From Prolixibacteraceae bacterium (GTDB lineage: Bacteria > Bacteroidota > Bacteroidia > Bacteroidales > Prolixibacteraceae), in NCBI GenBank assembly GCA_963678915.1, contig OY787458.1, positions 4,393,231 to 4,457,230 of the forward strand: a stretch of DNA of 64,000 nt, in the 5' to 3' direction. The position numbers and the translations under genes are program-made. The notes beneath the pieces are model-generated. The model searched no databases. It was not told the origin of the DNA and saw only the letters and a list, made by a program, of their open reading frames with translations. Positions within the stretch are counted from its first letter, which is position 1; the number at the start of each line of letters is the position of its first letter. Shown in pieces: positions 29,574-40,300 of this stretch.

Positions 29574-30293
29574 ATGGAAACACATACACCGCAATTTAAA
29601 GTACGTTTAGGACTGTTTGTTGCCGGAGGCCTGGCACTTTTTATACTGGCCATATTCATCATCGGGAAACAAAAGAACCTGTTTAATCCGGTTTTTAAGC
29701 TGACAACCACTTTTTACAACGTGAGTGGCTTGCAGGTCGGAAACAATATTCGCTTCTCCGGAATTAGCGTAGGCACGGTTGACGACATCAACATTATTAA
29801 CGATTCTACCGTGAGGGTAAATATGTTAATCCGGAAAGAGGTTAAACAGTTTATCAAATCAGATAGTGAAGTGGCCATCGGTTCAGAAGGACTGATTGGC
29901 GACCGGCTTTTAATCATTACGCAGGGAAGTTTTGACGCCCCATTGGCCAGGGTTGGGCAACAACTCGAATCGGTTGAACCGGTTGAAACTGATGCCATCA
30001 TGCTAAGTCTGAAGATCACCGCCGAGAATGCTGAAATAATCACTCGTGAACTAGCTGAGATCATGCTTAAAGTTAATAGTGGAGAAGGAACGCTTGGACG
30101 GTTGATTCAGGATACAACCATAGCCCGGAATATCGATCAGACGATTATGAACCTAAAAGAAAGCAGTAAAGGGCTAAATGAAAATATGGAAGCTGCCAAG
30201 CATAATTTTTTATTGAAAGGGTATTTTAATAAAAGAGCCAAAGCTACTGAAAAGAAGGCCGCGGAAAAGAAAGCAGCAGAGGGAAAAAAATAG
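29574..30293 (+). CDS. mlaD: MlaD/MCE family protein
   Basis: N-terminal TM helix, VSGLQVGNNIRFSGISVGTV, SEGLIGD; start moved to METHT at 29574. Confidence 0.9.
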   Translation: METHTPQFKVRLGLFVAGGLALFILAIFIIGKQKNLFNPVFKLTTTFYNVSGLQVGNNIRFSGISVGTVDDINIINDSTVRVNMLIRKEVKQFIKSDSEVAIGSEGLIGDRLLIITQGSFDAPLARVGQQLESVEPVETDAIMLSLKITAENAEIITRELAEIMLKVNSGEGTLGRLIQDTTIARNIDQTIMNLKESSKGLNENMEAAKHNFLLKGYFNKRAKATEKKAAEKKAAEGKK

Positions 30294-30318
30294 AAATAAA
30301 TCCGGAACAAAATGGCAA

Positions 30319-32166
30319 ATGCAAATGTATTTCAAAATAATTTTCATATTATTTTTTGGTCTGACCATCGCCAGCGATTTTACTTATGCTCAGCAAAAGC
30401 CAGTCGCGAAAGATTCGACCCAAATTTACTCTGATATTGAATCTTTTTCGAAGCGAGGTAAATTTACACGGTTTATCTATTCGTTAATCTTCAAACCGGT
30501 TGCTCACAAATCAGCTCAAAAGAAAGGTAAAAAGAAAGTTTATAAAAAGCTGATTCAAAAGCCGTACAACACTTTTGAAGGAAAAATCATCAGGAATATT
30601 AACATTGAAACACTCGACCCGTTTGGATATTCCATTGGAGACACCATTTTTAGGCCACCAAATTTCCTGTCAAGAGTTGGAAACGGACTGCATGTCAAAT
30701 CTCAAGGAATAACCATTCGCAACTTATTGCTCATCCATCAAAACCAGGTTTTCGATTCGTTGCTTGTTAAAGAATCGGAGCGTTTGGTACGAAGCCAAAG
30801 GTATGTACGCGATGTTTCATTCTTCGTCAAAGCTGTTGCAAAAGGGTCCGATTCGGTCGATATTTTCATTCGCGAACTGGATATCTGGAGCATTATTCCC
30901 AAAGGTTCGGTATCTACATCGAAAAGTACCATCAATTTAGCTGATAAGAATTTTCTGGGCCTGGGGCACGAATTACAGGGTGATTTTACCCGAAACTACT
31001 CGGAAGGAATCAATTCTTTTCATACCAATTATTCGATCCCGAACATCAAAAATAGCTACGTCAGGGGGACGGTGCATCTTGGAAAAGAAGGAAATAAAAA
31101 CTTCAACCGGAGTTTCACTATCGATCGCCCATTCTTTTCGCCTTTTGCCAAATGGGCAGCCGGAGTGAATTTTACTCAACAGTTTTTAAACGATTCGGTA
31201 CCTACCGACAACCTGAATCTTGGAATATTAAGGTATAAGTATAATGCTCAGGATTATTGGGCGGGTAATGCCATCCAACTTTTCAAGGGGAACAGCGAAT
31301 ACAACCGAACCACCAATTTCATTTCTACCATTCGTTTCTTGCGGGTTCGCTACCTAGAAAAACCAGGAGAATTGTTTGACACACTAAATCGGTTTTCAGA
31401 CGAAAATTTTTATCTGGCAAGTATGGGCGTTTCAACCCGAAGGTACGTTCAGGATAAATATATTTTTAAGTTTGGCATTCCTGAAGATGTGCCTGTTGGT
31501 AAGGTCTTCAGCCTGACAGGCGGTTATCAGGAGAAAAGTCATACTGGCCGGGCATATTTGGGAGCACGCGTTTCAATGGGAAGTTATTATCCGTGGGGAT
31601 ACCTGAGTTCTAATTTCGAATACGGAACCTTTATTCGTGCTTCCCGCTTTGAAGAAGGTGTTTTTACAGCAGGAGCGAATTATTTTACCGGGTTAATCGA
31701 AATGGGAAAATGGAAATTCAGGCAATTTGTAAAACCAGAGATCACCATTGGGTTCAACCGTTTTGCATCTGATAGTTTAACACTTAACGATGGCTATGGA
31801 TTGGACGGGTTTCATACCACCGCGCTCAAGGGTACTAGTCGGTTGCTGGTCACTGTTCAGTCCCAGCTTTATGCACCCTGGAACTTTATTGGTTTCCGTT
31901 TTGGCCCTTACCTGAATTGTACATTGGGCATGCTTAGTGATGGTGTAACCGGATTTAGAAAGAGCAGAGTGTATTCGCAGATTGGGGTAGGGGTTTTAAT
32001 TAAAAATGAAAACCTGATTCTGAATACGTTCCAGCTATCGCTTTCGTTTTATCCTATTATTCCTGGTAAGGGGCATAACATATTCAAAATAAACTCGTTT
32101 GGCTCGGCCGATTTCGGATTCCGGGATTTTGAAATCGGGAAACCTGCGCCAGTTGTTTACCGATGA
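30319..32166 (+). CDS. Outer-membrane protein, POTRA/Omp85-like
   Basis: Signal peptide, POTRA-like KESERLVRSQRYVRDV segment, beta-rich C-terminus. Confidence 0.65.
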   Translation: MQMYFKIIFILFFGLTIASDFTYAQQKPVAKDSTQIYSDIESFSKRGKFTRFIYSLIFKPVAHKSAQKKGKKKVYKKLIQKPYNTFEGKIIRNINIETLDPFGYSIGDTIFRPPNFLSRVGNGLHVKSQGITIRNLLLIHQNQVFDSLLVKESERLVRSQRYVRDVSFFVKAVAKGSDSVDIFIRELDIWSIIPKGSVSTSKSTINLADKNFLGLGHELQGDFTRNYSEGINSFHTNYSIPNIKNSYVRGTVHLGKEGNKNFNRSFTIDRPFFSPFAKWAAGVNFTQQFLNDSVPTDNLNLGILRYKYNAQDYWAGNAIQLFKGNSEYNRTTNFISTIRFLRVRYLEKPGELFDTLNRFSDENFYLASMGVSTRRYVQDKYIFKFGIPEDVPVGKVFSLTGGYQEKSHTGRAYLGARVSMGSYYPWGYLSSNFEYGTFIRASRFEEGVFTAGANYFTGLIEMGKWKFRQFVKPEITIGFNRFASDSLTLNDGYGLDGFHTTALKGTSRLLVTVQSQLYAPWNFIGFRFGPYLNCTLGMLSDGVTGFRKSRVYSQIGVGVLIKNENLILNTFQLSLSFYPIIPGKGHNIFKINSFGSADFGFRDFEIGKPAPVVYR

Positions 32167-32184
32167 AAATTCTGCAACACAAAA

Positions 32185-32216
32185 AAAGCCGACCTCAATT
32201 GAATGGAGTCGGCTTT
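32185..32216. terminator. Bidirectional terminator between convergent genes
   Basis: aaagccgac...gtcggcttt hairpin with flanking A/T runs. Confidence 0.7.
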
Positions 32217-32244
32217 AAGTAAGAAATGTCTTGTATATTATAAA

Positions 32245-32436
32245 CTAAGCAAGTCTAACATTTACTGCATTTAATCCTTTGCGGCCATCCTGAAGATCGA
32301 ATGTTACTTCGTCATTTTCTCTTACCTGATCGTTTAAACCAGATACGTGAACGAAATATTCAACACTTGATGCTCCGTCTGTGATAAATCCAAAACCTTT
32401 GGATTCGTTGAAAAATTTTACTGTTCCTTTATTCAT
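32245..32436 (-). CDS. cspA: Cold-shock protein
   Basis: GTVKFFNESKGFGFI (RNP1) and YFVHVS (RNP2). Confidence 0.93.
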   Translation of the reverse strand: MNKGTVKFFNESKGFGFITDGASSVEYFVHVSGLNDQVRENDEVTFDLQDGRKGLNAVNVRLA

Positions 32437-32591
32437 AATAATTTTAATAAAAATAAATATTCGTGCAAGCTACACATTAAAACCGAATAAACTATTTATT
32501 TTCAATATTTTAATTTGCTTATTTTCTAGTGACAATAATCTTTAAAATCATTGGATTTGTTTTTTTTATATTTTAGGGTACATTTGCCTGA

Positions 32592-33272
32592 ATGCGAAAG
32601 TTGATGCTTTATCTGATATTAATTCTGGTTCCAGTAGTAAACAATGCCCGAATCACAACGGCCGATCCGGGCGAAGTTAGTGCTGGAGACATTTACACAG
32701 CATTGAAACTAGCCGATACAGGCTTGGTCAGAACTGCATTTGATTTGGCTATTAAAGGTTTAAAGAAGCTCGATGCTGAAGGAAAATTGAATAACCACAA
32801 TATTGTTACCATTGCCGATTATTCACAATCGAGCAATAAGAAACGCCTATATGTTATTGATTTGAAGGACAGAAAGCTCTTGTTTAATACCTACGTGGCA
32901 CATGGCCGGAACACAGGTGAAGAGTATGCCCGGTCGTTTTCGAACGAGGAAGGCTCATTGAAAAGTAGTCTGGGTTTTTATATCACTGAAAATCCCATTG
33001 TTGGATCTCACACCGGATTTGCATTGCTGATTAACGGCGTTGAAAAAGGGTTTAACGACCATGCCATCAAACGGGCAATTATCATTCATGCTGCAGATTA
33101 TGCTTCTGAGAATTTCATTAAAAAATATGGCCGGCTTGGTCGTAGCTTAGGTTGCCCGGCTCTTCCTCCCGATATGAATAAACCGATTATTGAAAAGATT
33201 AAAGGTGGAACCTGCCTGTTTATTTATAATCCCGACAACAAATACATTTGCAGTTCATCGTTACTGAATTAA
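32592..33272 (+). CDS. Murein L,D-transpeptidase catalytic-domain family protein (YkuD_2-type)
   Basis: ADYSQSSNKKRLYVID, VAHGRNTG, SSLGFY, RAIIIH, GRSLGCPA. Confidence 0.85.
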   Translation: MRKLMLYLILILVPVVNNARITTADPGEVSAGDIYTALKLADTGLVRTAFDLAIKGLKKLDAEGKLNNHNIVTIADYSQSSNKKRLYVIDLKDRKLLFNTYVAHGRNTGEEYARSFSNEEGSLKSSLGFYITENPIVGSHTGFALLINGVEKGFNDHAIKRAIIIHAADYASENFIKKYGRLGRSLGCPALPPDMNKPIIEKIKGGTCLFIYNPDNKYICSSSLLN

Positions 33273-34550
33273 CCCGTAAACATCTTTCAGGAAAGTAACT
33301 TTTTCGTCCTTAACAACTACGGGCATATAAATGATAAACACCGGTATCTTCTGATCCAATTTGAGGATCTTTGATTCGGTATCTTTCTGACCGGTTTTTA
33401 ATTCCCACACATTAACCTTTCCGCGGGTCAGCAAATCAGCCAGTTCAATTGGTTTTTCCAAGCGAATGCAACCATGACTTAAAAACCGGGAATCTTTAGC
33501 AAAGCCACTTTTCGAATTGGTATCGTGCAAATAGATGCTGAACGGATTTCCAAGGTTAAACTTTAATACGCCCAGCGAATTATTTGGGCCGGTTGACTCA
33601 CGAAAGAAATACGGAAAGTTCTTCTCTGTATAGCTGTCCCAGTTCAGGTCCGAATCGTCAATCACGTTTCCCTTTCCGTCAACTACCTCAAAATTATTTC
33701 GTTCCAGGTAACTCTCGTCTTTTTGAACTTTGGGCAATAGTTCTTTTGAGGCGATTGAAAACGGCACATTCCAGAATGGGAAAGTGACAATATTGGTGAT
33801 GTGTGATGCAATGGTGGGAGTGGGGTTTTTCTTCTTGCCAACCACCGATTTCATTTGTAATTTCAGCTTACCATCTTGGTAATACCTCACTTCGGTTTCA
33901 GGAATGTTTGCCACGATATATTCCAAGTGGTTGTTCATTGCAAAATACTTCAAATAATTCATGGATTGAACCACTGATTTGTATTTCAATGAGTTCTTAT
34001 CGGTGATGGAATCCTTCAGAAATTTTTTCAGAACCTGGTAATCCGGATGCTGACAATCGAGTTTTGAAATGATTTGCGACACCGGTCCTTTATCTTTTGA
34101 ATTCATCAGTTGATAAATGTAAACGGAATCTGGTCGGGAAGCGCTAACTTCATCATAATCGAAATGAACTTTGACTTCCTGAAGTTCTTTAATGAAATTT
34201 AGAACCAGACCAGTAATCTGCTTATCGGTATTTGCTTTTAAAACCTTGTTCCTGATGTTTTTGGGAAGCATCGCGGTACGGATTTGACCAGTCATGAGTT
34301 TTCTCGAAACCAGGCCTGATTCTTTGGCGGTCTCAATCGCGGTAAGCCATTCGGTTGCTCTTTTAGTGTCTTTGCGTGTCGAAAACCAATACAGAGGCTC
34401 GTGGTTAATGGCGTAGAACTTCTGCACCAAAGAGTCTGCTTTTACCTCAGTATCTACTTTTTTAACTGGCTTTTGTGCAAAGCTGCCTACCACAAAACAA
34501 CTGACTATAAAAAGAGATAATATTTTACTGATATTCTTCATTGAACGCAT
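33261..34550 (-). CDS. L,D-transpeptidase (YcbB/YkuD family)
   Basis: NIP, PFWNVP, NSLGVLKF, IYLHDT...SHGCIRL catalytic motif. Confidence 0.88.
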   Translation of the reverse strand: MRSMKNISKILSLFIVSCFVVGSFAQKPVKKVDTEVKADSLVQKFYAINHEPLYWFSTRKDTKRATEWLTAIETAKESGLVSRKLMTGQIRTAMLPKNIRNKVLKANTDKQITGLVLNFIKELQEVKVHFDYDEVSASRPDSVYIYQLMNSKDKGPVSQIISKLDCQHPDYQVLKKFLKDSITDKNSLKYKSVVQSMNYLKYFAMNNHLEYIVANIPETEVRYYQDGKLKLQMKSVVGKKKNPTPTIASHITNIVTFPFWNVPFSIASKELLPKVQKDESYLERNNFEVVDGKGNVIDDSDLNWDSYTEKNFPYFFRESTGPNNSLGVLKFNLGNPFSIYLHDTNSKSGFAKDSRFLSHGCIRLEKPIELADLLTRGKVNVWELKTGQKDTESKILKLDQKIPVFIIYMPVVVKDEKVTFLKDVYGLIQ

Positions 34551-34571
34551 ATTGAAGTGTATTATTTATAA

Positions 34572-34640
34572 CAAAGATGAGCGTGTTAATCCCTGAATAG
34601 TTTACACAATTTCAGCAAAAAGTTACATGATTCACAGGTT
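34572..34640 (-). promoter_or_regulatory. Island motif copy 4 + -7-like element (upstream of L,D-transpeptidase)
   Basis: aacctgtgaatcatgtaac-N11-attgtgtaaa-N21-catctttg. Confidence 0.7.
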
Positions 34641-34645
34641 TAATT

Positions 34646-37285
34646 TTAGAACGGATACCCGATGGCCACATTCAAAACCAGGTTGTCGATTCGCCAGGCC
34701 GAACTCCCGAAGTTGATCTCATTGGTTACCCACCTGAAATTTTCGCCGGTCTTTGGGATCTTCCGCAATGGCATGGCCAGATCGAACCGCAGAATGAAGA
34801 ATGAAACATCGATCCGTAATCCCACACCTGCTCCAACAGCTAAATCATTCAGAAATTGTGATGCAACAAACGGAGTTCCGGTTTCGGAAGGATTTGATTT
34901 AAGCAGCCACACATTCCCCGCATCAACAAATAAAGCTCCTTTAAAATAGCGGTAAATGCCAAAGCGATACTCCGCATTTGTTTCCAGTTTTACGTCGCCG
35001 CCCAATTGAAGGAAACCTGCCAGCTTGGTATTTTGGTAATACGTACCCGGCCCAACCGAATTAATCTGAAAAGCGCGGATGCTGTTTGGTCCGCCACTGA
35101 AAAACTGTTTGGTATAAGGCATAACAGACGAATTTCCGTAGGGTTTGGCTACTCCGGCAAAAAATCGTAAAGCAAGTTTATTTTTATCCCTGAAATTGAA
35201 AAAACCACGAGCGTCGATGCTTGCTTTGGCATATTGCGAATAGATTGAACCCGCTACTTTCGACGGATTGGTGGCTGATACTTTTTCGCCTGCAATGGCT
35301 TTGGCCAATGAAAAAACGGTTCCGGCAAGCTCTGATGTAAAATGGGCGTAATACTGCATCTTCTTCCCGGGCGTGACCTGCTCGTTGTAATTAAACGAGT
35401 AGCTTCCTCCGGCAATAAATCGCTCCTCGTAGCTTTTCGCCAGGTAAGAGTTCGATTCGAGCAAATCAGCAAATGTCGCGGATTTGTTGCCGATAGACGT
35501 ATAACTTACATCGATTGGATTCAGTTCGTGTTCTTTCCGGATATTCTCTTTCCACTTATAGCCATAAATAAACTGAAAGGTGCGCATATCGAAATAATCA
35601 ACGCGCTTCATGTAATTGTACGAAAGCAGAAGGCGTGTTTTGGGGATGTAGATACTGCTCGTTTTCCGGATGTTAAATGGAACCAGAAAACGTGGAAATG
35701 TCAGTTCCAACTGTGGATTATAGGAATAGGAGAATTGATTTTTGTTGTTTCCACTCAACTGCGTTTCAAAAGATCCCGCCAGGTTAAGCTTCAGCAATTC
35801 GGCTCCGCCAAGGGCGTTTCTGTTCAGAACACTTAAATTCATTCGCGGTCCGGTGTAATTGTTCGATTTGGAAACCACATCCATTTCGGCCCTGAAAGTG
35901 TGTTTCGGCATGGGTGTCATCAAAATAGTAACATCCAATAATCCCGGGCCTTCTTTGCTGTTAGAGAAGTTGATTTGCACCAGTTTGAAATTACCCATCG
36001 ACATCAACCGGTTTAAGGTGATGACGTGATTTTGCCGTGAGAAGATTTCGCTTTTCCGCAGATAAATTGATTTTGAAAGTACTTTGGGCCGGATGCCCAT
36101 CCGTGCTTCTTTCCCCAGAAACACAATGTTTTCAAAAATAAGCGTGTCTCTTGTAGAGTCTATGCGCCTTTCGGTTAGTGAATAATTCTGATTGATATAC
36201 ACCTTGTTGATTCGAAAAACGGTTAAGGCATTGTTCGGAATACTGTCTTTTAAAGTGAGTTTGAACGAAACTGTGCGATTGATGTTTGACGTGTCGGCTT
36301 TAAAAAGCAAATAATCGGGATTGAAATAGAAGTATCCGTTGTTTTTCAGCAATCCGTCAATCCTGATTCGTTCATTCTTGAGCATATCCAGGTTATATTC
36401 TTCGCCTGATTTAATCAGCGATTTGTCTTTTTCAGCCATGATTATGCGACTTATACTATCATTTGAAATCGCATAAGCCAGATCTTTAACCAAGTATGGT
36501 TTATGGATATGACTGGTATAAATGACCTTGGCCGTACGTTTCTTTTCAACGATTTTTGATTCGGTAAAACTTTTGAAAATGCCAATATTAAAGAGTTTGG
36601 CATCAATGATTGCCGAAGTGGCACCGGGTTTCACACTGCTCAGTAGTACCGGTGGTTCGCCTGTTCGTTGCAGCCATTTTTTGAATTTCGATTGAGGATT
36701 TTTCCCAGCCATATTATACCTCCACAATTTTGGGCGAATACCTAAATAACCTTTATTTGGCTTTGGTTGCACGGCCTCCTGCACAACAGATTTGACAAAT
36801 CGCTGATTTATTTTCTCTGCCGATTCCAGTTTAATTTCAGCGCCGGTATAAAGCTTTTCGCCATTTGGTAAATGCCTTGTACCGGTACATGCTGCTAAAA
36901 ACAGAGAAATCAGGATCAGAAATAAAATATTGGTAGTAGAAGTATAATTTTTACAAAAGGTGGCACTCCTTTTTTTCGGCCTGAAAGGCCGGTATACTTT
37001 AGCCCAGGGCAACGCCCTGGGTGATGGATCCGCAGGTAAACCCGTCCGTGAGATCCTGTTTTTCAAAATGGGAACAATCATTCGGACGGAATCGGGCAAA
37101 TTTTCATCCGACAACCAGGCATGTTCCATTTCGTCCGAGAATTTGGATTGTTCATTAACGAACATTTTTTCACGGACGACTTTTCTATCCATTTGATTAC
37201 CCAAGGCGACACTCCTTTGTCGTTTGCCTTGGGCTAGATTATATATGCCTTTCAGGCCATTCCCAATATTTTGGATTTCTATCAT
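34646..37285 (-). CDS. tamA: TamA/BamA-family outer-membrane lipoprotein; N-terminus contains an in-frame palindromic insertion
   Basis: Lipobox LAAC after a long atypical N-terminus; POTRA segments; FFSGGPNSIRAF and C-terminal AIGYPF Omp85 signature; follows tamB. Confidence 0.85.
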   Translation of the reverse strand: MIEIQNIGNGLKGIYNLAQGKRQRSVALGNQMDRKVVREKMFVNEQSKFSDEMEHAWLSDENLPDSVRMIVPILKNRISRTGLPADPSPRALPWAKVYRPFRPKKRSATFCKNYTSTTNILFLILISLFLAACTGTRHLPNGEKLYTGAEIKLESAEKINQRFVKSVVQEAVQPKPNKGYLGIRPKLWRYNMAGKNPQSKFKKWLQRTGEPPVLLSSVKPGATSAIIDAKLFNIGIFKSFTESKIVEKKRTAKVIYTSHIHKPYLVKDLAYAISNDSISRIIMAEKDKSLIKSGEEYNLDMLKNERIRIDGLLKNNGYFYFNPDYLLFKADTSNINRTVSFKLTLKDSIPNNALTVFRINKVYINQNYSLTERRIDSTRDTLIFENIVFLGKEARMGIRPKVLSKSIYLRKSEIFSRQNHVITLNRLMSMGNFKLVQINFSNSKEGPGLLDVTILMTPMPKHTFRAEMDVVSKSNNYTGPRMNLSVLNRNALGGAELLKLNLAGSFETQLSGNNKNQFSYSYNPQLELTFPRFLVPFNIRKTSSIYIPKTRLLLSYNYMKRVDYFDMRTFQFIYGYKWKENIRKEHELNPIDVSYTSIGNKSATFADLLESNSYLAKSYEERFIAGGSYSFNYNEQVTPGKKMQYYAHFTSELAGTVFSLAKAIAGEKVSATNPSKVAGSIYSQYAKASIDARGFFNFRDKNKLALRFFAGVAKPYGNSSVMPYTKQFFSGGPNSIRAFQINSVGPGTYYQNTKLAGFLQLGGDVKLETNAEYRFGIYRYFKGALFVDAGNVWLLKSNPSETGTPFVASQFLNDLAVGAGVGLRIDVSFFILRFDLAMPLRKIPKTGENFRWVTNEINFGSSAWRIDNLVLNVAIGYPF
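36978..37258. repeat. REP/REPIN-like ~281-bp imperfect palindromic element
   Basis: Ends ggcctgaaaggc...agcccagggcaacgccctggg and the inverted copy ggcctgaaaggc...agcccaaggcaaacgacaaaggagtgtcgccttggg; inner inverted pairs cgtccgtga/tcacggacg and tcggacg/cgtccga. Confidence 0.75.
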
Positions 37286-37348
37286 ATAAGGATATTCAAA
37301 TGCGACTGTATTTCATTCTTATTTCTTTAGGTGCTGAGCACCGGAATA

Positions 37349-40300
37349 TTATTTCTTAATCGTGCCCTTTAGTTGTCCCGATTCCGGTAATTTCGCTGGC
37401 TTTTCTTTCCTTTTATATGGATGAAACAATCTCTTCCACCGATTGAAATCGCGCACAAACACAATACCGGCGCCTGTTTCAACCAATTGCCCTTCAATTG
37501 CACCTTCATATTGGTTATGCCTGAACCCTTTCATCCGGAAACGGCCATCTGGGGTCAGTTTATATTCCACGGTAACATCGCCCGTAATATCGCTTGCCGA
37601 ATTTTGCCGGGCGCGGTCTCCTTCAACATCAACCGAACCACCCAATTGAACCGACAACCGTTCGTTAAAGAGTTGCTTTTTTACCCCAATCTCAACCTGG
37701 GTGCGTCCTTTGGCCTGTCCGGTCTGGTAATCGTCGTACGATTGAATATCGAAATTCAGGTCAATTCCGGGCAATACTTTATTGCTCAACCGATTGATTT
37801 GAGAGGATAAAAATTTGCTTACCGTTGACCGAATGATGGTCGAAGTTCCCCCCGTCTCGGTTTCAAAAGGATTTTCCTGAATAAACCGGTTTAGAACCAA
37901 TAAGGCGAAAACCTGCTTGTTCAGGGCCGACGGATCTTCGTTTAACATGCTCAGCTTCTGGTTCACTGCTCCGCCCAAAATTCCTTTGTCTTCAGGAGCC
38001 AGTTGTATTTCGAAACTAATTTCAGGATTTAGAAGTTTTCCACGCAGTTTCAGCATAACCAGAAACGGATAGCGCTGTTTGTACCCGCCTTTGTCAATAT
38101 CGCTTAAGCCCGACATCTGATCGGCCACCAAATCATATGGCGATGCACGGACCGAATATCGGGCATTGATGGATATTTCAGCATCCAGCGGATCGCCGTT
38201 CCAAATGATTGTGCTTCCTTCATCGATGTCGAATTTTTTCTTGATGATGGATTCCAGCGAAACAAGGTAGCTGCCTTCGTTCAGGTTATATGCGCCGGTA
38301 AGGCTCATCTTTCCGCTTCGGTCCATAGTAAAGCTTAAGGCCGCTTCGCCGCGAACAACCAACGAGTCGGTCGAGGCCGGATCGATTAATAAACGAAGTG
38401 TGGCTTGTTTGTCTATCTCAATAATCGAAGCCAGTTCGAAGCCCATTATGCCTGAATTCTGATTTCCTTTTTTGATCGCGTTCGTTAAAATCGGATTGAG
38501 TTGAACCCGATCTTCAAATTCAACCACATCTTCACCTTTATCGGTAGATAGCCGGTCTTCAGGAACTGAAAAGGTAAAGTTGGAACCTTTTTTCATTTTC
38601 ACCTTTCCATTTACCACCGGAAGTTTCAAAGGCCCGCTTACATTTAGCTTGCTGTCAATAACCATCCGTCCAAAAAATTCCTTGTTGTTCTTGGCCGTGG
38701 TGTTGAAAAGTAAAAAGTCTTTCGTATTGGCCTGTAAGTCGAAGCTGAAATCGGAGAATTGTTTCATTTGAACCGAACCATCCAGAATGGCAGCGTTCTG
38801 CTTTGAATCTAAAACCGTAAACGTTTTAAAATAGATTCCGTCGTTTTTAAATTGTATGGTTTCGTGTTTCAATTCCAACCGGTTATTCAAAAAAGCAGGT
38901 TTCAGGAACGCATTATTGAAAACCAGTTCTCCGGAAATAGTGGGTGCTCCGGTATTTCCTTCAACCAAAATATTTCCGGTAAGCATTCCGGCTGCTTCTC
39001 TGATTTGACCCATCGAAAAAGCTTCGACGGTTTTCATCGAAAGCGACTGAATCACTGTTTTTATGCTGATCGAATTTTCGCCGCCATTCGGAATATAATA
39101 ACCACTCGCAGTCAGGTTGTTATCTGTTCCAGATAAATTCAGGTCAATGTTAAATTTTTCATTGCTGGGATGTGATGCTTTCAACGTTACATTCCCGATT
39201 GGAACTTCGTGCACATAAAGGTTACTGATTTTAGCATCAGCAATTAAGCCATAGGCATTGTTGACCCGCTTAAGCAATAGGTTTCCATCCAGATTTCCTT
39301 TCACCAGGCTGGTATCTTTTTCAATAATCCGCGAAATGTCGTCGAGCCTGAAGTTTTTAATGGCAATGTTTAGGTCGTCGTTGAACTTGTCATTTACAGA
39401 AGCGATGTTGATCTGACTTCCGGCGTGATTCATAAACAGATGGTGAATCTTCAGTCCTGGCTTGCCGAATTCAATAAAGTTATCGACGGCAATGTTCCAG
39501 GAGTTATTCATCAGGTAGAATTCTTTCGGGTCGAAGGCCAGCTTATAATTTCCATTCACTTTGGTAATCAGCGAGCGGATGAGCAGTTTCTTATTTTTGC
39601 CGTCGGTTGAAGAGATATTCGCTGCTATTTTGTTGTCGGCCAGTTTACCTTCCAGCAGAAAATTGTCGAGATTAACCTGTGAGTTCGAAATTTCCCGGCT
39701 CGAAATCTGGTAATTCAGCGCCGATTGATCCGAATTCACATGGATCGCAAAGTCCTTGATTTCAGTCGATCCGTAAACGATTTTGTTGATGGTGGCATTC
39801 AGTTTCAAATCGTTTTTCTCACTGTCGAAACTTCCGGTAATGATTCCCGGCTCGAATTCAGTAAGTTGCGGGAACAGCACTTCAGACAGAATGGGATGAT
39901 TATGCAATTGGATTTCGAAATTAAAATTGGACGCAGCGTTTTTCCTGACTGCCTGATTTGAACCGGAAACCGGAAAGTAATGATTTACGAATTGATTTAG
40001 CAAGGCAGGCAAGGCCGCAGGAGAAGCCGTTCCGGCATATTTGATATCAATTAGCGCACTGTTAACGCTGAGTTCAGTTTTGTTGGGCAGATTTACCGAA
40101 GCGGTTAAAAACGAATCTAGTTGATATCTTTTCCCCTGATGGACAATCGTAATATTGGTGATTCCGACGGTCCCATTCATTTGGTTAACCGATCCGCCTT
40201 TTAAATCGGCGGCCACAACAAACGCTATCCGCACATCTTCTTTGGTTAAACGAAGCTTTTGAAGATCGGCTCCCAACATATTCAGCTTGAATTTATAGCG

